Below, piece after piece: positions 16,903 through 31,360 of a DNA stretch of 64,000 nt (positions are counted from its first letter, which is position 1; each line of letters starts with the position of its first letter). Where the stretch lies: NCBI RefSeq assembly GCF_009914755.1, contig NC_060928.1; one strand, 5' to 3'. The notes beneath the pieces are model-generated. The model did not search any database and was not told the origin of the DNA. It saw only the letters and a program-made list of their open reading frames with translations. A program made the translations under genes and the position numbers. This DNA comes from the human T2T-CHM13v2.0 reference genome, Homo sapiens.

Positions 16903-19554
16903 CTAGCGAGAATTCAATTACTTTGATGCTTTGTTACAACTACATAAACTGTGTGCCTAATGTCAGGCTTAGTTTAATTTACTTGACAATGTAAGAAAAA
17001 AGAATTCCAAATAAGTCAAAATATGCAGACAAATGACAAATCATAAAAATTTTACACTCCTTTTTTAATCCACCGAAGTTTAGGTAATTCTTGAATCTGT
17101 CTTCCATATTTGGTGTCCACTTTGAACAACAACTGAAATGCTCTGCAACTTGCATATATATTTTTAGATGGGGCTATCTTAAGTGTAATGCATCAAGTGT
17201 GACTTAAGTTTATTTTTATTTAGCTACAGAGATATTTTCCTTTACATTTTTGAGGGTTGGTCTCTCCTGGTAAATTTCCAGAATAAATTTTCTGTCTTGC
17301 TTTTAAGTGGGGCAAGATTCTGACATATAACTATTGTGGGAGCTGAAGGCATTTCTGGCAAGTGCAGTGAATGATTGACTTTTCCATTTGTTTTCATAAT
17401 GATAAATATATAGTTAGCATTAGGCAGGAAAATAAGTATTTCCAAAAATATATGCTAAGCACATCTGGTAATGAATGGGGTCATACAGATATATCATGAC
17501 TCCCCTCTCCATTAGGAGGTGTTCAGTTCCACAAAGTTCATTCACTCCCACAACAGAAAAACAAACACAAAAGTGTATTCTTACTTGGAAAAGAAAGAAA
17601 AATAAAATTCTTCATTTAAAAATGCAAAACACTACCAAGGCAATTATGTTTTGTTGGCTTTCTTTAGTCTATGCCTCATACAACAGAATTTCCTGTAAGT
17701 TAATACTAACCACAGTAGTGCATAGCTTGAGAGAAATATTGAAGTATATTGCACTATCAAAATAACAACGCTAAGTGCATTTCTAAAAGTGGTGCTGGCA
17801 TCATCAATTGACATTTAACAGTTCCTTTATAACATGATTACAAGTTTCTATCGAAGATACAGCATCTTATCATATGGCTTATTATTCTTCATAAGTTGTA
17901 TTTAGAAAGGACTTTTCAGAAAAAAAAGTGAAAATTGAAAACTGCTGCTGAAAGGTGCATTTTTGTGCAGCACTTGACAAGTAAATATATTTGGTCATAT
18001 ATGAATATGAAATCAAGATTCGATGACCTTTGAAACCATCAAAATTAATTTAAAAAAGGAAGTGTGTCATTCATCCAATATATTCATGTGATTCTTACTA
18101 AAATAAAGAACAAAGCTTTGTTTACATCATAAATAAACCTTTTAATAACCGGAAAGTCTAATGTTGTTAAATCATCCCTTTTCTGAAAGTGGAGTCCAGC
18201 CTTGTTTTAGACTTCATAATTTAATAGTATTTAGGTGTATGGAAGAAAGACTAAGTTAACTTGCATTAATGGGATTCTTAAATTTTTCTTTGTTTCCAGA
18301 GAAGTATTCTTTTAAGACTGTTTTCAAGCCAGTTTTTCCTTAAATGCTGTTTGGTCTAAATTGACAGTCTTGAAGTCTTTCCTAAAGTAATGTTTAAACA
18401 TCTCTCTGGCATTCCATTATGGGCACCTGCTGCTGATAATTACAGGTCTGTCTCCTAACCACTTCCTCTGCTTTATGTCAAAGCAAGATTCAGGCTGCTT
18501 GATTACAAACAACTACCAGTTAAAGACCAGTGCACAGCTCTCTGCGGTAATTATGCAGGGCAAGTTGGGTCTGTGTTTACTGAAGTCTTAGGAAACAAGA
18601 AGCAGTTACTTGTTATAATTTCCTCTTTGCTAGCAGTGTAGCATAATCCACAACATATTTTGGTTACCTTAAAAGTGCTTATGAGAATATTTTATTCAAT
18701 AACACCTTATAATGATACATTTCACTGTACTATTTCCTTGTCAAAAAATCAAAATATCCTGCCCAAAAATAATAGGCTGTGGTCCTACCAAAAGAATTTT
18801 CAGACAATAGTCAATTACAGGGAAACACTGGGTTTAATATGTACTCCAAAACATATTTATTTTTCTTTATTTTACTACTCTACCCCTGTTCCTATAGGCA
18901 TCCTTTCCCACCACCTCACACTCACACCATTGTGCCCTGCACGAGACTTGTTGACTTTATAGTGGAGAAAAATGAAAAATACACCATAGGGTGATTTTTG
19001 GCACAACAATAACCCCAATATAGAACAAAATTTCATCACTCAACTTGAAAGTCAATGTATTTTGTCAATATTCCATAAGATAGAATTCTACAGTTGAATA
19101 AAAGGAAAGATTCTCTGGCAGTACTGCAGTGCTGTTTGACTTGTACACCTCTTTAATTCCCAATTCTGTCTTTAGGTAAATTGACCAAATCAAAATTGAC
19201 CAAACCAGTTAGAGCCCAACCGTGCTCTTAATGCTTACACATCAATTGTCTGGGGTTTATTTGCTCAACTACAACAGAATCCAAGTTCTTCATTAGTTAA
19301 TAGTCCCAAATCACAGGGTAGAAAGTCTGAAGTTAGAGATGGATCTCTGAGGGTGAGGAGATTGGCCTTTTAGCTAGAATCTAAGAGATGGGAAGCACTC
19401 ACTCCTGAGATAGTCTTGATTTCCACCTACAACTTCACATTCACCTTGCTCTGTCTAGTAACTCTCAAAGTGGGTGATGAAGAGAACCTGGGAAGTTTCA
19501 ATGAACTTTACCAACCTGAGTCCTCAAAGTCCTTCCAAGATGCGTTATGTATGC

Positions 19555-20200
19555 ATCAACAAAATATGCATTCACCCAACATCATTAAAAAAAAAAAAAA
19601 AATCCCGATTACATTCTGGCTGTGTGCCAAAAGCTGTATCACATCCTGGAGACACCAGAATCAACTCATCAATTCCTGTACTCATCATGCTGGCCTACCA
19701 ACTGGGGACACAGGGAAAAGAAGAGTGCTCCTGTGAGATGGGAAAGGTTGCTGTAAGAAGGGGTGAAGATCTAAACTAGGGAATCTGAGGAATTAACACT
19801 TGTTCATAGCAAATGAAAGAGCTTAAGCGAAAGCTGATAGTAAGTGAGCAAGGTGGCTTGTGAGAAAACCCTAAAGGATGTCACCTACTGGGGCTGCACT
19901 GGAACAGCCTGTGCCAAATTTGGGAGGGTTCATGGTCCGGGAGATTGTAATGACAGGGAATAGAGTCAGAGGGTAGCACAAATACTCCTGTCAGTCATGG
20001 TAAGATGTTCAGATCATATTCTAAAGGTAACTGTTTAGTAAAGCTAAAAAAAAAAAAAAGGTTTTAAGAAAAAAAGTTCTACTGATGGTGTCTCTTAGAA
20101 TTTTCCTGACTTCAGTGTGGAGGTTTGAGGAGAGTGAGAAAGGACAGGAAGCAGGAAGAACCTTCTTCAGTGAACCAGTTGAGAGAAATGGACATATTTT
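19555..20200 (-). mobile_element. Degenerate L2 fragment(s)
   Basis: Patchy similarity to the antisense L2 3' region. Confidence 0.4.
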
Positions 20201-20264
20201 TAAAAATATTTAGGTAACATCATTTAATCATTAAGTAACAACTTTATTTTGAAAAATAATATGA

Positions 20265-20551
<287 letters not shown>

Positions 20552-23184
20552 GAAAAATAATATGAATAATATTATTTTATTAATATTTTAAATGATAAAA
20601 TAATTTTTATCATTTAATGTGATATCATTAAATAATACATCATTAAATATAACATCGTCAAATGTTTGAATATGTTTACATTTTTTGTGAACATGTAAAT
20701 ATGTGGGACTCCAGGAAATAATTTAATTCTTTATTTGTTTGAATAACTTGGCTCTCTGAATTGCTCTTCTACATCCTCGATGAAGTAATAGCAAATAAAT
20801 AATACATTATGGCACAAAATAAGCATCGTTCTTGTTAGTTTGAAAACAAAAACAAAAAAGGCAGTAATCATTCAATAGAACTTCCTAAGACAGTTTAATA
20901 TTCAGAAAATTAGTTTTTGAGAGGCGTGTTTTTATTTCAGAAAACAACACAGATATAGCCTGAAAGAAGGGATTCTAAATAGTCTCATATTTTTTGTTGT
21001 TTTGTTTTTTCCTCCCTGGAAATCTTCAAATAAAAATTCCTACAAATTCAATGTTCTAGGTAGCATAAAACCCCACATAAGCAGTTTAATCAATCATTAA
21101 AAGCATTCTAGTTGCTTCTGTTGGATTCTTTAGATGGAATAATATCCTATAAAGATAAAACATTTTTATAATTATGTAGGGACTAAACCATACTGTTGAC
21201 TGCAGAGTTTTAAACGTGGAACGTTCCCTACAGCACAGCACTTGAGGAAGTTGGGGAGGAGGGTTGGGCTAAAAAAATAAAAGAGTGTTAACCTGATTTT
21301 CGGACAAAGAAAATTACAAGTGAATCAGTTTTATAGACCTACTTAAAGTGTTTCCTGTGGGGGTATCATCCTGAAGTGGTGACTGAGTTGTCCTTGTTTA
21401 TTTAGTTAGTTAATGCGTCTATTACATTATGTTTGCTAAAGATCCACCATTGCATTAATTTGGGTTATAAATATATTGGGTTATGTTCTTCCTATCAAGT
21501 TGACACATTCTGAAGATAAGAATTTTTTACGTTTTGTCTTGTTTTAATTTTACAATGACACATTTTAAAAAATATAAAAGAAATGTCACAGTGAACCAAA
21601 ACAAATAAGAATGAGTATTCTTTGTAGCTGAAAGGTTTTTTCTTTATTCATATTATTTTTCAAAATAAAGTTGTTACTTAAGCAACAGTACACTTTCATT
21701 TTACAAATACACACTAGAAAACATTTTCAAGTAGAACTATGATCTTTGGATATTTTTTCCATTCCCTTCTCCTTAATTACATCATGATTAACACATATAT
21801 GCTTGTTAGAAACTATAGAGTTTAACTAGTCTGTTCATTAGTCCATTTTAGGAATATTTTATTAAATGCAATATGTGTCAGTCAAAACATATATATTTAA
21901 GAGTAGGGTACCTAATTAATTTCTTTTTTGCTTATACTATAATGTGTCCCCTCGCAAATGTAGAACTTTGACCTTGCTTGGAAATTTCAGTTTAATTAAT
22001 TTTTGCTTTTATACTAGTATCAGTAAAGACTTCGTTGTGTTAAAATTTCTGATACAGTGAGGAAGGTTAATTGTTTCTGTTCCTTTATAAAGAGTTTAAA
22101 TGTTAGCAAAGGGTAAAAAGTTTGCTAACTATTCTTCCTGCTTTCTAATTATTTTTGTCTTTACGAATACAGCAAATGTACAGTGGAGAAAAGCACAAAC
22201 TTATTTTTTTCATTAAAATTTATGAAGTAGTAGTTTTATAGAAATATATTCTAGATTCAGAACCTGGCACAGGAAAAAAGAAATCACCTAAACTTGCTTA
22301 TTCATAAAACTGGAACAAAAGTGTGTTGACTTTCCAAAGAGTTTTACTGTAAAATCAGAATCTCATAACCTAACTGGGTACAAAAAATAATGTGATTTTA
22401 AAACATACCAATTTATTTTAAGAATTTTACCTTTGACAACATGCTTTTATTGGTCCATATGACATTCTTTCACCTGATGGTAACCCTAATGGAATGCAAT
22501 TTTGTCATTCTTATATCTAATTATTTTCATAGTAACGTCAAGTGAAAAATCATTGTATAGCATAGACTTACATGATAAGAATAAAACGGCACAGCAACAA
22601 TTGCTAATGTGCATTAAGTGTTATTTGGTGCCAGGAGCTATTCTCAGTTCTTCACTTTTGATGACGCTGTTAATTACAATTCTATGATGTAAATACTATT
22701 ATTATTGGAATCTTCGCCTTGAAAATATGAAGTGAAACTAAGATTTTAACTTGTATGCAATTTGCAAAGGACATATTTTAGCACAATTTATTCATCTTTA
22801 CCAAGAGACTTAGATAAAGGCTGCCATTAGTATTTGGCCAGTACAGGTGTCAGATGAATATATTTGGTTGTACATCTTAATATTTTTTTCAAAGTAATTT
22901 GATTCATTTCCTATATCAGGAAATTATCAGATCCAAACACGCACACACGGGTGCACACATACATACAAATATATGCACACATCCAGTACATTTTTAATTC
23001 TCTAGCAATTAAAGAAAGATTGAGCTGGAAAAAAAGAGACTTAAAGCATTCACTCAAGGAAACACAGCCATGATATACTTTAAAAAATGAAAGTTATTAA
23101 AGACTATTTTAATAAAAGTTTTATAAGCATAAATAATAAATAATCAAGTAAGGATCAATCCATACTCTAATGTGTTGGCAGTCC

Positions 23185-23186
23185 AT

Positions 23187-23220
<34 letters not shown>

Positions 23221-23512
23221 TTTTTTTTTTTGAGATGGAGTCTCGCTCTTGTCACCCAGGCTGGAGTGCAATAGCACGATCTCTGCTTACTGCAACCTCT
23301 GCCTCCTGTTCAAGTGATTCTCCTGCCTCAGCTTCCCAAGTAGCTGGGACTACAGGTGCATGCCACCATGCCCAGCTAATTTTTGTATTTTTAGTAGAGA
23401 TGGGATTTCACCAGGTTGGCTAGGCTGGTCTTGAACTCCTGACCTCAGGCGATCCACCGGCCTTGGCCTCCCAAAGTGCTAGGATTACAGGCATGAGCCA
23501 TTGCGCCCAGCC
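23185..23512 (-). mobile_element. AluS with (TACA)n(TA)n(T)n tail
   Basis: Dimeric Alu from gagatggagtctcgctc to gcgcccagcc. Confidence 0.93.
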
Positions 23513-26500
23513 ACTCAATATATTTTTTTTTAGTGTCATTCATACAGAAAAAAAGAACACACTTTTAAAGTTATCCATGAAAGTAACAGTGCATTAACAG
23601 TGCAGGGTAATTTTTTTCTAAAACCTATTCCAAAATCTAATGTAATAATTGTCCTATTTCAGTCAGTCTGGCATCATCTTGTTATTTTCAACATAATTCA
23701 GTTTCATAATACTAGTTCATAGATGTGTGTAAATTTATTGTGTGGCCAAATACAATGACATTCTTTATTCATTTCACAATAGAATTAAGTTTTATGCAAT
23801 ACAAAAGGAAAAACATATGGAAAATAGTCACTTTTAATAGATATTTGAGTCTGAAAAAAATAAAATGGGTTTAGAATTAAAAATCAAAGCCCATGGCTTG
23901 AACTGAGGCATATTTCCTTCTGTTATTAATGTTTGAGTTATATGCTAAAGACGAGATTATTCATCAAGTCCCTCATGCAATATGTTAGTAAATGGGATTT
24001 TGGTTAGTAATTTAATTGCTTAAACCCTGACCATGTAAGCTCCCAAATCACTCAAAATAAGCTTTTACAATGGCCTGAACTGAATTAAAACAGTTAACAA
24101 CACCAAAGAGTACCTCTTGATTTTATTAAGAAATGCATGTATGAAAATCTATTAACATAGGGGGAAATCTCTGCCACCCCACTACGGTTAAGAGTAAGCT
24201 TTTCCTTTTCCTTTCTTTGCTTTCTCTTTTTCCAACAAATGATGGGTTATGTGAGAGTTTTTTTTTAAAACCCATATAAGGAAATATGGACTTAATTTTA
24301 AAATATAAATAAATAAAAGATGTGATGCCTCTGGTTAGAATATTGAATAAATAATTCTGACTACTAGAAAGTATAATGAGAATTCAAGTGACCGTTGTGA
24401 AAATGCTCACAAAGCTTATCCACAAGCTATTGGGGTCATATGCTTAAGCAGGGCTCCACTGTTGTTACTTGTACAGAGCTTCACTAATGGTCTGATAATA
24501 GGGGAGGGGAAGGTCGGCGTGGAGGTTCTCGTAATACTTTATAGTGGTGTAAGCACGACAGCCACTGATTAATTACTGCCCTGTTCTCAACACACATTAG
24601 ATTACTAAGCAATCTCGTTTGTCTCCACAATGGCTTCATAGTTGCAGAACACTGTCCTAGAGAATATGTTAGGACGACTTACTAATGAACTTTGGATACT
24701 AGTGTAAATTTGCGGTAAAACTTCTTGCCTTTCAGATGATTGAAATGAAGATTAGAAAATATTCAAAAGATGAAAAAATGTATATATAAGCAACTCTTTT
24801 GGGGGAGATAATATGGGTGTGTCAAACTTCAATTTCATTTCAGACAGCAATAATGCATCATACTACTTTCAAAAGGATTATTATAGTGATCACCTTAAAA
24901 ATATTAGGACACATTCCTGTTTTTACTTGCTCTCTTTTCTAATTTCGTTACTCTCTCTCCCATTTACACACATAACAGTGTTTGGGGTGGGGGGAGCGTC
25001 GTATAGTTTCAAAATACACTGAAAAACCAGACACTCAGCTAAAAGTAAAAAAAATCACTTCACTTTAAATAAATTTCTCAAAGTAGCTCATGTTAATATG
25101 TGCTTCTATGGAAACAACTCTTTCTGAATGTCAGCTTAAGCTTCTCCATATGATTTTTCTCAAAGGCTCCCTTTAAAAACCATCACTACTATTTATTATC
25201 TTCTTGTTATATAGACTGTTACTTTTGTTTCATCACAAATCTCTGCCTGTTTATTAGCAGCCCTGCCACTACTATCAGATGACATTTGTTTTACTTAATG
25301 TATGTAGTTTTAGGGAAAAAAATTATAGAACTGCTATTACTGCATTATATGAAAAAATTCCAATGTACATTTAGCTGACACTGCATCAGCTGCTATTGAA
25401 ACTGGGCTTAGCTAATGGACTTTTAATGTCAGCGGGGTTATGTGCAGTTACTGGCTATTAGCAGAAATGGCTCCTTTCTATAAAAATCACTTTTCCTCAA
25501 GTGTGTTGTTTGAACATTCCTTTCCCTAATTTAGTGACTGTCACTGAATGCAAAACAAACTCAAGGACTCTGGAGTCCGCTGTTATCTTTAAGACCCTCT
25601 TTTTAAACTTGCATTCAGCATTAAACAGGCAACCTCCCTCATTAGGATTTAGACTTGTAATCTGAAAACTTTGTAATGCATTATTATTTATTTTGCTGTT
25701 CTTAGCAGTGCACTACATATTTCACTATGAAAACCCCACATCATCAATGAATGGTATATGTATGAAAGAAAACATTCAAAACAGTTTGCTTAATCCTAGA
25801 ATTTACTTACACACTTTAAAAATCCTAGTTCAAAAATGCCAAGTGATATGGGAATGTATGACAATAATAATCAATATATGTTTATATATTGATGTATTAT
25901 GTAAATATTCATATGTTAACCTGTATTTAATACAGTAGTGAATATAAGTAAGGAAGCATATATCACTATATCCTGAATAAAATTATGTTTATTCTTTCTT
26001 TAGTAACAAGCTTTCCTTCCTCGCAATTGACTTTATCTTCATCCATTTAAATAAAGCTTTAAATGGAAGTAATGGATAAACCTGGAAATAAAGCCACCAA
26101 TATGGCATATGAGGGTGTCCAAGAAAATCAAACATAACTCCATTTGATTAAGAGCTTGAAACAAACCATCACTTTATTCTGGTCAGAGAAGAACAGTACA
26201 ACTGACCTCTTCTTCAATCAGCCCACATGAGAGGTCACCTCATGTAGGGTGCTTACCAGGGACATGCTGTCTCTTCCAGAGAGCACCCAGAGAGGGGTTC
26301 ATAAATGTGAAGAAAGGATTTTACTCCTGCGTGCACTGCATGCATAAAAGTCGACAGTCTCCTTTGGTCAACAAATTATAGTCCACCGTGTAGGAAAACA
26401 ACAGCAGTTCTCCTCCACGGCTTTGAAACAAGTCAGTGAAAGTGGAGATCCCCTAGTCTCTGTCACTTGGATGACAGGAGAGAACTTGTTTCCATCAGAT

Positions 26501-28260
26501 AAGCCACTGCACTAATGAGACAAAAACATCTCTTTGGAAACTGGGGAAATGACTTCGCAATTTGCCAAGAGCAAGGCAACTTTTCTCAGAAAAGTAAGAT
26601 ATAATTCTTCATTCAGAAATCAGTGATTAAATCCAAGTTTCAAGTCCTTGACTATCTTTATGAATTTGTTTTATAAGTTAAAAAGTTTTTTCCATTGGTT
26701 TGATAGACTCCATTGGTTTTTTGAGGATATTGCCAAGTCTGTTTGAAAATGAACTCTTGCTCCTAAAACATAAAAAGCTACACAAACACACACACTCACA
26801 TACAATTTGTGTAAGCACATATATGCTCACAGGGAATTAGTGAACTATATTTGTCTTCTCCTTGTCATTCTTCATTTCGTTAAGAATCGGCCTGGAAACA
26901 CCCTCCCAGGAAATATTTCCATATTTATTTAATTCAATAAAAAATGGCATGTGTATCTTTCATGTGATCACCACGTCTAATAAATCCAATAAAATGATCT
27001 CCTCTCCCTTGCTACCGGGAAAACATACTTACTGCCAAAACTTATCCTAGCCATCCTTCTACTTTTTTTTTTTTTACCATGTAATAGTAAATAAACTATA
27101 ATATTTTTCACTGTGGTCATTTTAATTCTATACAGATTTATATATGTGTGTATAAATATAAACAAAAATAAAAATGACAACAATTCTTAACGGAGTAGCT
27201 TAGGAAGTAGCATTTTATAAAACCCCTGGAGGATACTAGTATAGCACTGATTTAAATCTAGATTTCTCAAACAAGCACATCCTGCCCAAATAGTTCCAAT
27301 AAAATTCAAACTTCTTACAAGTTTATACCTTTTAAATACTTCCCAAATTCTTTTGCTATATTAATTGAAATAAGTGCAAATCAAGACTCTATTTAGGTAA
27401 AAGTTTCAAGTCAGAGGGCCTGTTGAATAATATTATGATGAAATACTGATCTAGGGTCTCTATTCCGGATAGCACAAATAAATCATTTGAACATGTCTGT
27501 TTTTCCTCAGCTTCTGAGAGCAGTTACTCAAATGGGCTTCTGTTTTCCACCACCCTGCATGCTCTGTGGGTGATGGCTGTGGGAGGCAGGGCGGGGAATG
27601 TCTGAGCCTCCTTCAATCCTTGAATTTGATCCCTAACACATTTTTAAGCTTTATTCTTTCATCATCTTACAGAGGAGATCCAGAAGGAAAAAGGAAAGTT
27701 GCTAAATAAAATGACAGGCACCATAATCAATGTTTCATTTAGAATGACTTCAAGATTGCTGCTTGCTAAACTTGAGCACTTCCACTGGGCGGCTACAATG
27801 TGTATATTTGCCAAACACTTTATTCAATGAGATAAAATATATCATTTTCCCTTAATCAAAAACGAAATTCAAATGTCAATGTATTTCACATAGACATACA
27901 GTTCAAAGTGAAATTACCATTATTTACTTTGTATTTCCAATCATAAAGTTTTTGTTGTGGTAATAATTTGGTTACTTGTTTGATTTTGATTAGTAATAAT
28001 ACAGATCTCCAAAAATCATGTATAATAACATAGTGCTCTTTTCACTGACTATCATTTTTAGTTTCTATAAAAGTTATGGAATACCACTGGCTAAAATATA
28101 ATCTTTGATCTAGTTCTTCAAAGGGTTTTTAAGGCCATATGAAATTCCAAAAAGATATTAGAATTATTTAAAATATTGAATTTGAATACAAGTAACAAAT
28201 ATGCAAATTCATAGAGAATAGAAGAGTCCCAAATTGCTCCTTTTACCTTTAGTAAAGGTA

Positions 28261-28603
28261 AAGTAGTCCCCCTGCTTATCTGCAGTTCACTTTCTGCAGT
28301 TTCAATTACCTGAGGTCAACTGTGGTCCAAAAACATTAAATGGAAAATTTCAGAAACAAACAATTCGTAAGTTTTAAACTGCATGGAGCTCTGAGTAGCG
28401 TGACAAAATCTCTCAGACATGAATCACTCCTTCATCCAATGTACCCATGCTGTATAGACTCCCCACCTGGTAGTCACTTAGTAGTTATCTCGGTTATCAG
28501 ATGAAAAAAAAGCAGTGTAGATGGGAGTTCCATACTATCTGTAGTTTCAGGCATCCATTGGGGGTCTTGGAAAGTATCTCCTGCATTTAAGGAAGGACTG
28601 CTG
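28261..28603 (+). mobile_element. MER44A (TcMar-Tigger) MITE
   Basis: TIR-like ends AGTAGTCCCCC.../...GGACTGCTG. Internal 'gtcacttagtag..tctcggttatcagat' and 'caggcatccattgggggtcttggaa'. Confidence 0.88.
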
Positions 28604-28820
28604 CACATGAATTTCTTTTACTTGTAATTATAAGTGGATACTTTTATATCACGTACCCCATTAGATTGCACTAAACTTCTATTATCTAAGAGAATGTATT
28701 TTATGAATTAATTTAAAATGATCACTTTTATCTACAAATGCTGTGCTTTACTTCTGTACTACATATTTATATTTTATATTATTATATACTCTAAGTTTTT
28801 TTAATTTTGAGAAAACCTGC

Positions 28821-28856
28821 ATTTCTATTTATGGATATATTTCTATTTATGGATAT
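28821..28856. repeat. Perfect 18-bp tandem duplication
   Basis: ATTTCTATTTATGGATAT x2. Confidence 0.9.
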
Positions 28857-31254
28857 ATCCCTTACAACTGGACTGTAGATGCATTTTAATAAACAAGCAC
28901 TATTCTGTTTTTATTGGAAAGAAATATCCACATATAAGGTGGTTCTTCTGAACAGAAATAAAAAGAGAGAAAACAATAAATAAGAATAGAGTTCAGGCAG
29001 TCCATGATTAAATAATCAATTAAGAGATTGACTAAAACTGAGAAATACTAGCATGCATCAATGAACTTGTTAAGTGTGCTGAGGGAGTTTCTGTTGTTTC
29101 ACATCGTCAGTTAGAAGAGGATATAATCCATGGTCATCTACATGAGGCATTTTTATAGCTCTCATAATTGCTGAGAAATGAAACTAGCCACAGGATCCAC
29201 ATGACAACATGATTAATGAAGATAAAACCCCCTATCCTCACAACATTTTAAAATAAGTAAGACTGGTAACTCTGGTGTTAAATCTGAGTAATCAATATCA
29301 TCTGTTAATATGATTATTGTGAGCCCTGGTATTTAAAATAAGAACTCTAACAGGCATATCTATATAATGAAGTTTCACCCGGCTCCCCTCACGCTCACAT
29401 TCCACTACCACGTTGGCAATAAGATGTGTTTAGTTATTTAACTAAAAGAGGGTATTCACCAAACATGGGGATTTTCAGATGTTATACTTCACTTTTGCCA
29501 CACAAGGCACTTTTGAATCACTGCTCATTGCTAATAAAAGCTATACTGACCTAAGGACAAATATCTGCATATTTGGCACTTTCAAAGCTATAGCTCACTT
29601 TCTAAATTGTAACTTCAACTTAATTAATGTCATGGCAACTTTAACACTATGTACTCCATGTAGAAGGGGAGGTATGTTTTAAATACTTATAAAATCTGGA
29701 AACATTCTTCTGTGTATTTCAAAATCTCATTATATATGAGCAACATTTTGGGGAGCAGCAATGCTCAAAACAAAAAACCACAGTACAACTTCAACACAAA
29801 ACTATTTTTTTAATTCTGAAATTTCAGCTCAATATTTTCAAACATATTGTTCATAAAGAGTCCAAATATCTGCAACATGATATATGTTTTGGGTTTTCAT
29901 GAAAAGGCAGAAATTCTTCTGGTGGCTCCATACAGGTAGACAGGATAAAAAAAAAAGTTTTCTATTTCTGATCTTGTTAGCTCATAAAAGTGTTCCTATA
30001 AAATGTTTTTATTAAAATCTCTGTAAGTTTGAAAATAACAAATATTTAAAATAAGAGAAACTATAAATTATCCCATTACTAAGTTTCTTTTTTTAAAACT
30101 AGAAAAAAGGGAAACACTAGTGTTTGAATATCGCTCAAGGCAAACTTACTCTACTTCAAAGTAGCATTAAAAAACAGCACCAAGTTTCTGTGAGTAAAAC
30201 ATCCTTGAGCTAAGAGATACTGGAATAATACCAAAGGTCTCATATTCATGTAGCCCTCCTCCACAAATACATAAGCAATAACAAATCCAAGTAAGAAATG
30301 AAACCAAAGAAGCATCCATACATAGGTTTAAGAAATCAGGTTAAAAAAGAAAGAGTGCAGAACCAGAACCAATAATAGAAGCAGAATGACAATTTTGTAG
30401 GAGAAAAATCTAAACCGTAAGTAATATAAAATGCCCTACAAATCTCTTATTTTATCTCAAAAGTCTGACAGAAAACATTTGCTCCAAACATGCAAAGAAT
30501 GGCAATAACCATTAAACAATAAGAGTTAGATGCAAATATTTCACCAAAATATATGTCATCTAGATTATCTGTGCTGTTTTAAATTAGGATAACGAAACTT
30601 CCTATTGCAAATATAGTTTGAATAAATGAAAGTTCTGGTGAATTTTCTTTGCCTTCGTGTTGACCTATTTTTATGTTTATTTTGTTTGAACAGAAAACCA
30701 ATTATGTTCTTTAGAGTATATACTTGTGTCCATTTTCTTTTAAAGAAAAACTGTCCACATTCACATAAAGGTCTGATTTTCCCCAAACCCTTATCAGAAA
30801 TCCTGGGGTGTACCTTTTTTCTGTAATAGTGTTCATGGATTTATGAAAAGTTATCTTTCAGTATCCCTTGAGAAAATAGAAAGTCAAGGACGAGCTTCTT
30901 GCAAGGACTTAACTGGGAGTGACTTAACGTGTCATTTTTAGAACTAATATTAGGTTAATTTTCCCAGAGAGAACAGAAGGGAAGAAAAGAGACTGTGGAA
31001 GGGAATGAGATTCCCACAGGCTGTTCAGAGAACTGTACTCTGTCCAGGAGTTTACAATGATCTACTCCGCAGCATCTCTTCAGATAGCTCCATTTCTTGC
31101 TTTTGGGGAAGCAGTGTCAGCAGCTATCATCACTCTGAGTTCAAAATTATTGACCTTTAGTTTCTTTTACATCTAGATTTCTTTGCCAACGGTTTGTAGA
31201 ATTGAAAGTCAAGGAATAATACTTATTTTCTATGAGCTAAAAGCTGCTCTAATT

Positions 31255-31360
31255 GTAACCTGTAGTATATATTATCCTCATTTTTACATATGAGGAAACT
31301 AAGGCACGGAAACGTTAAATGTCTTGCTCATAGTCACACAGCTGGAGGTGCTGGAAGCAG
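31255..31360 (-). mobile_element. MIR fragment
   Basis: 'atcctcatttttacatatgaggaaactaaggcacgg...gtcacacagct'. Confidence 0.75.
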
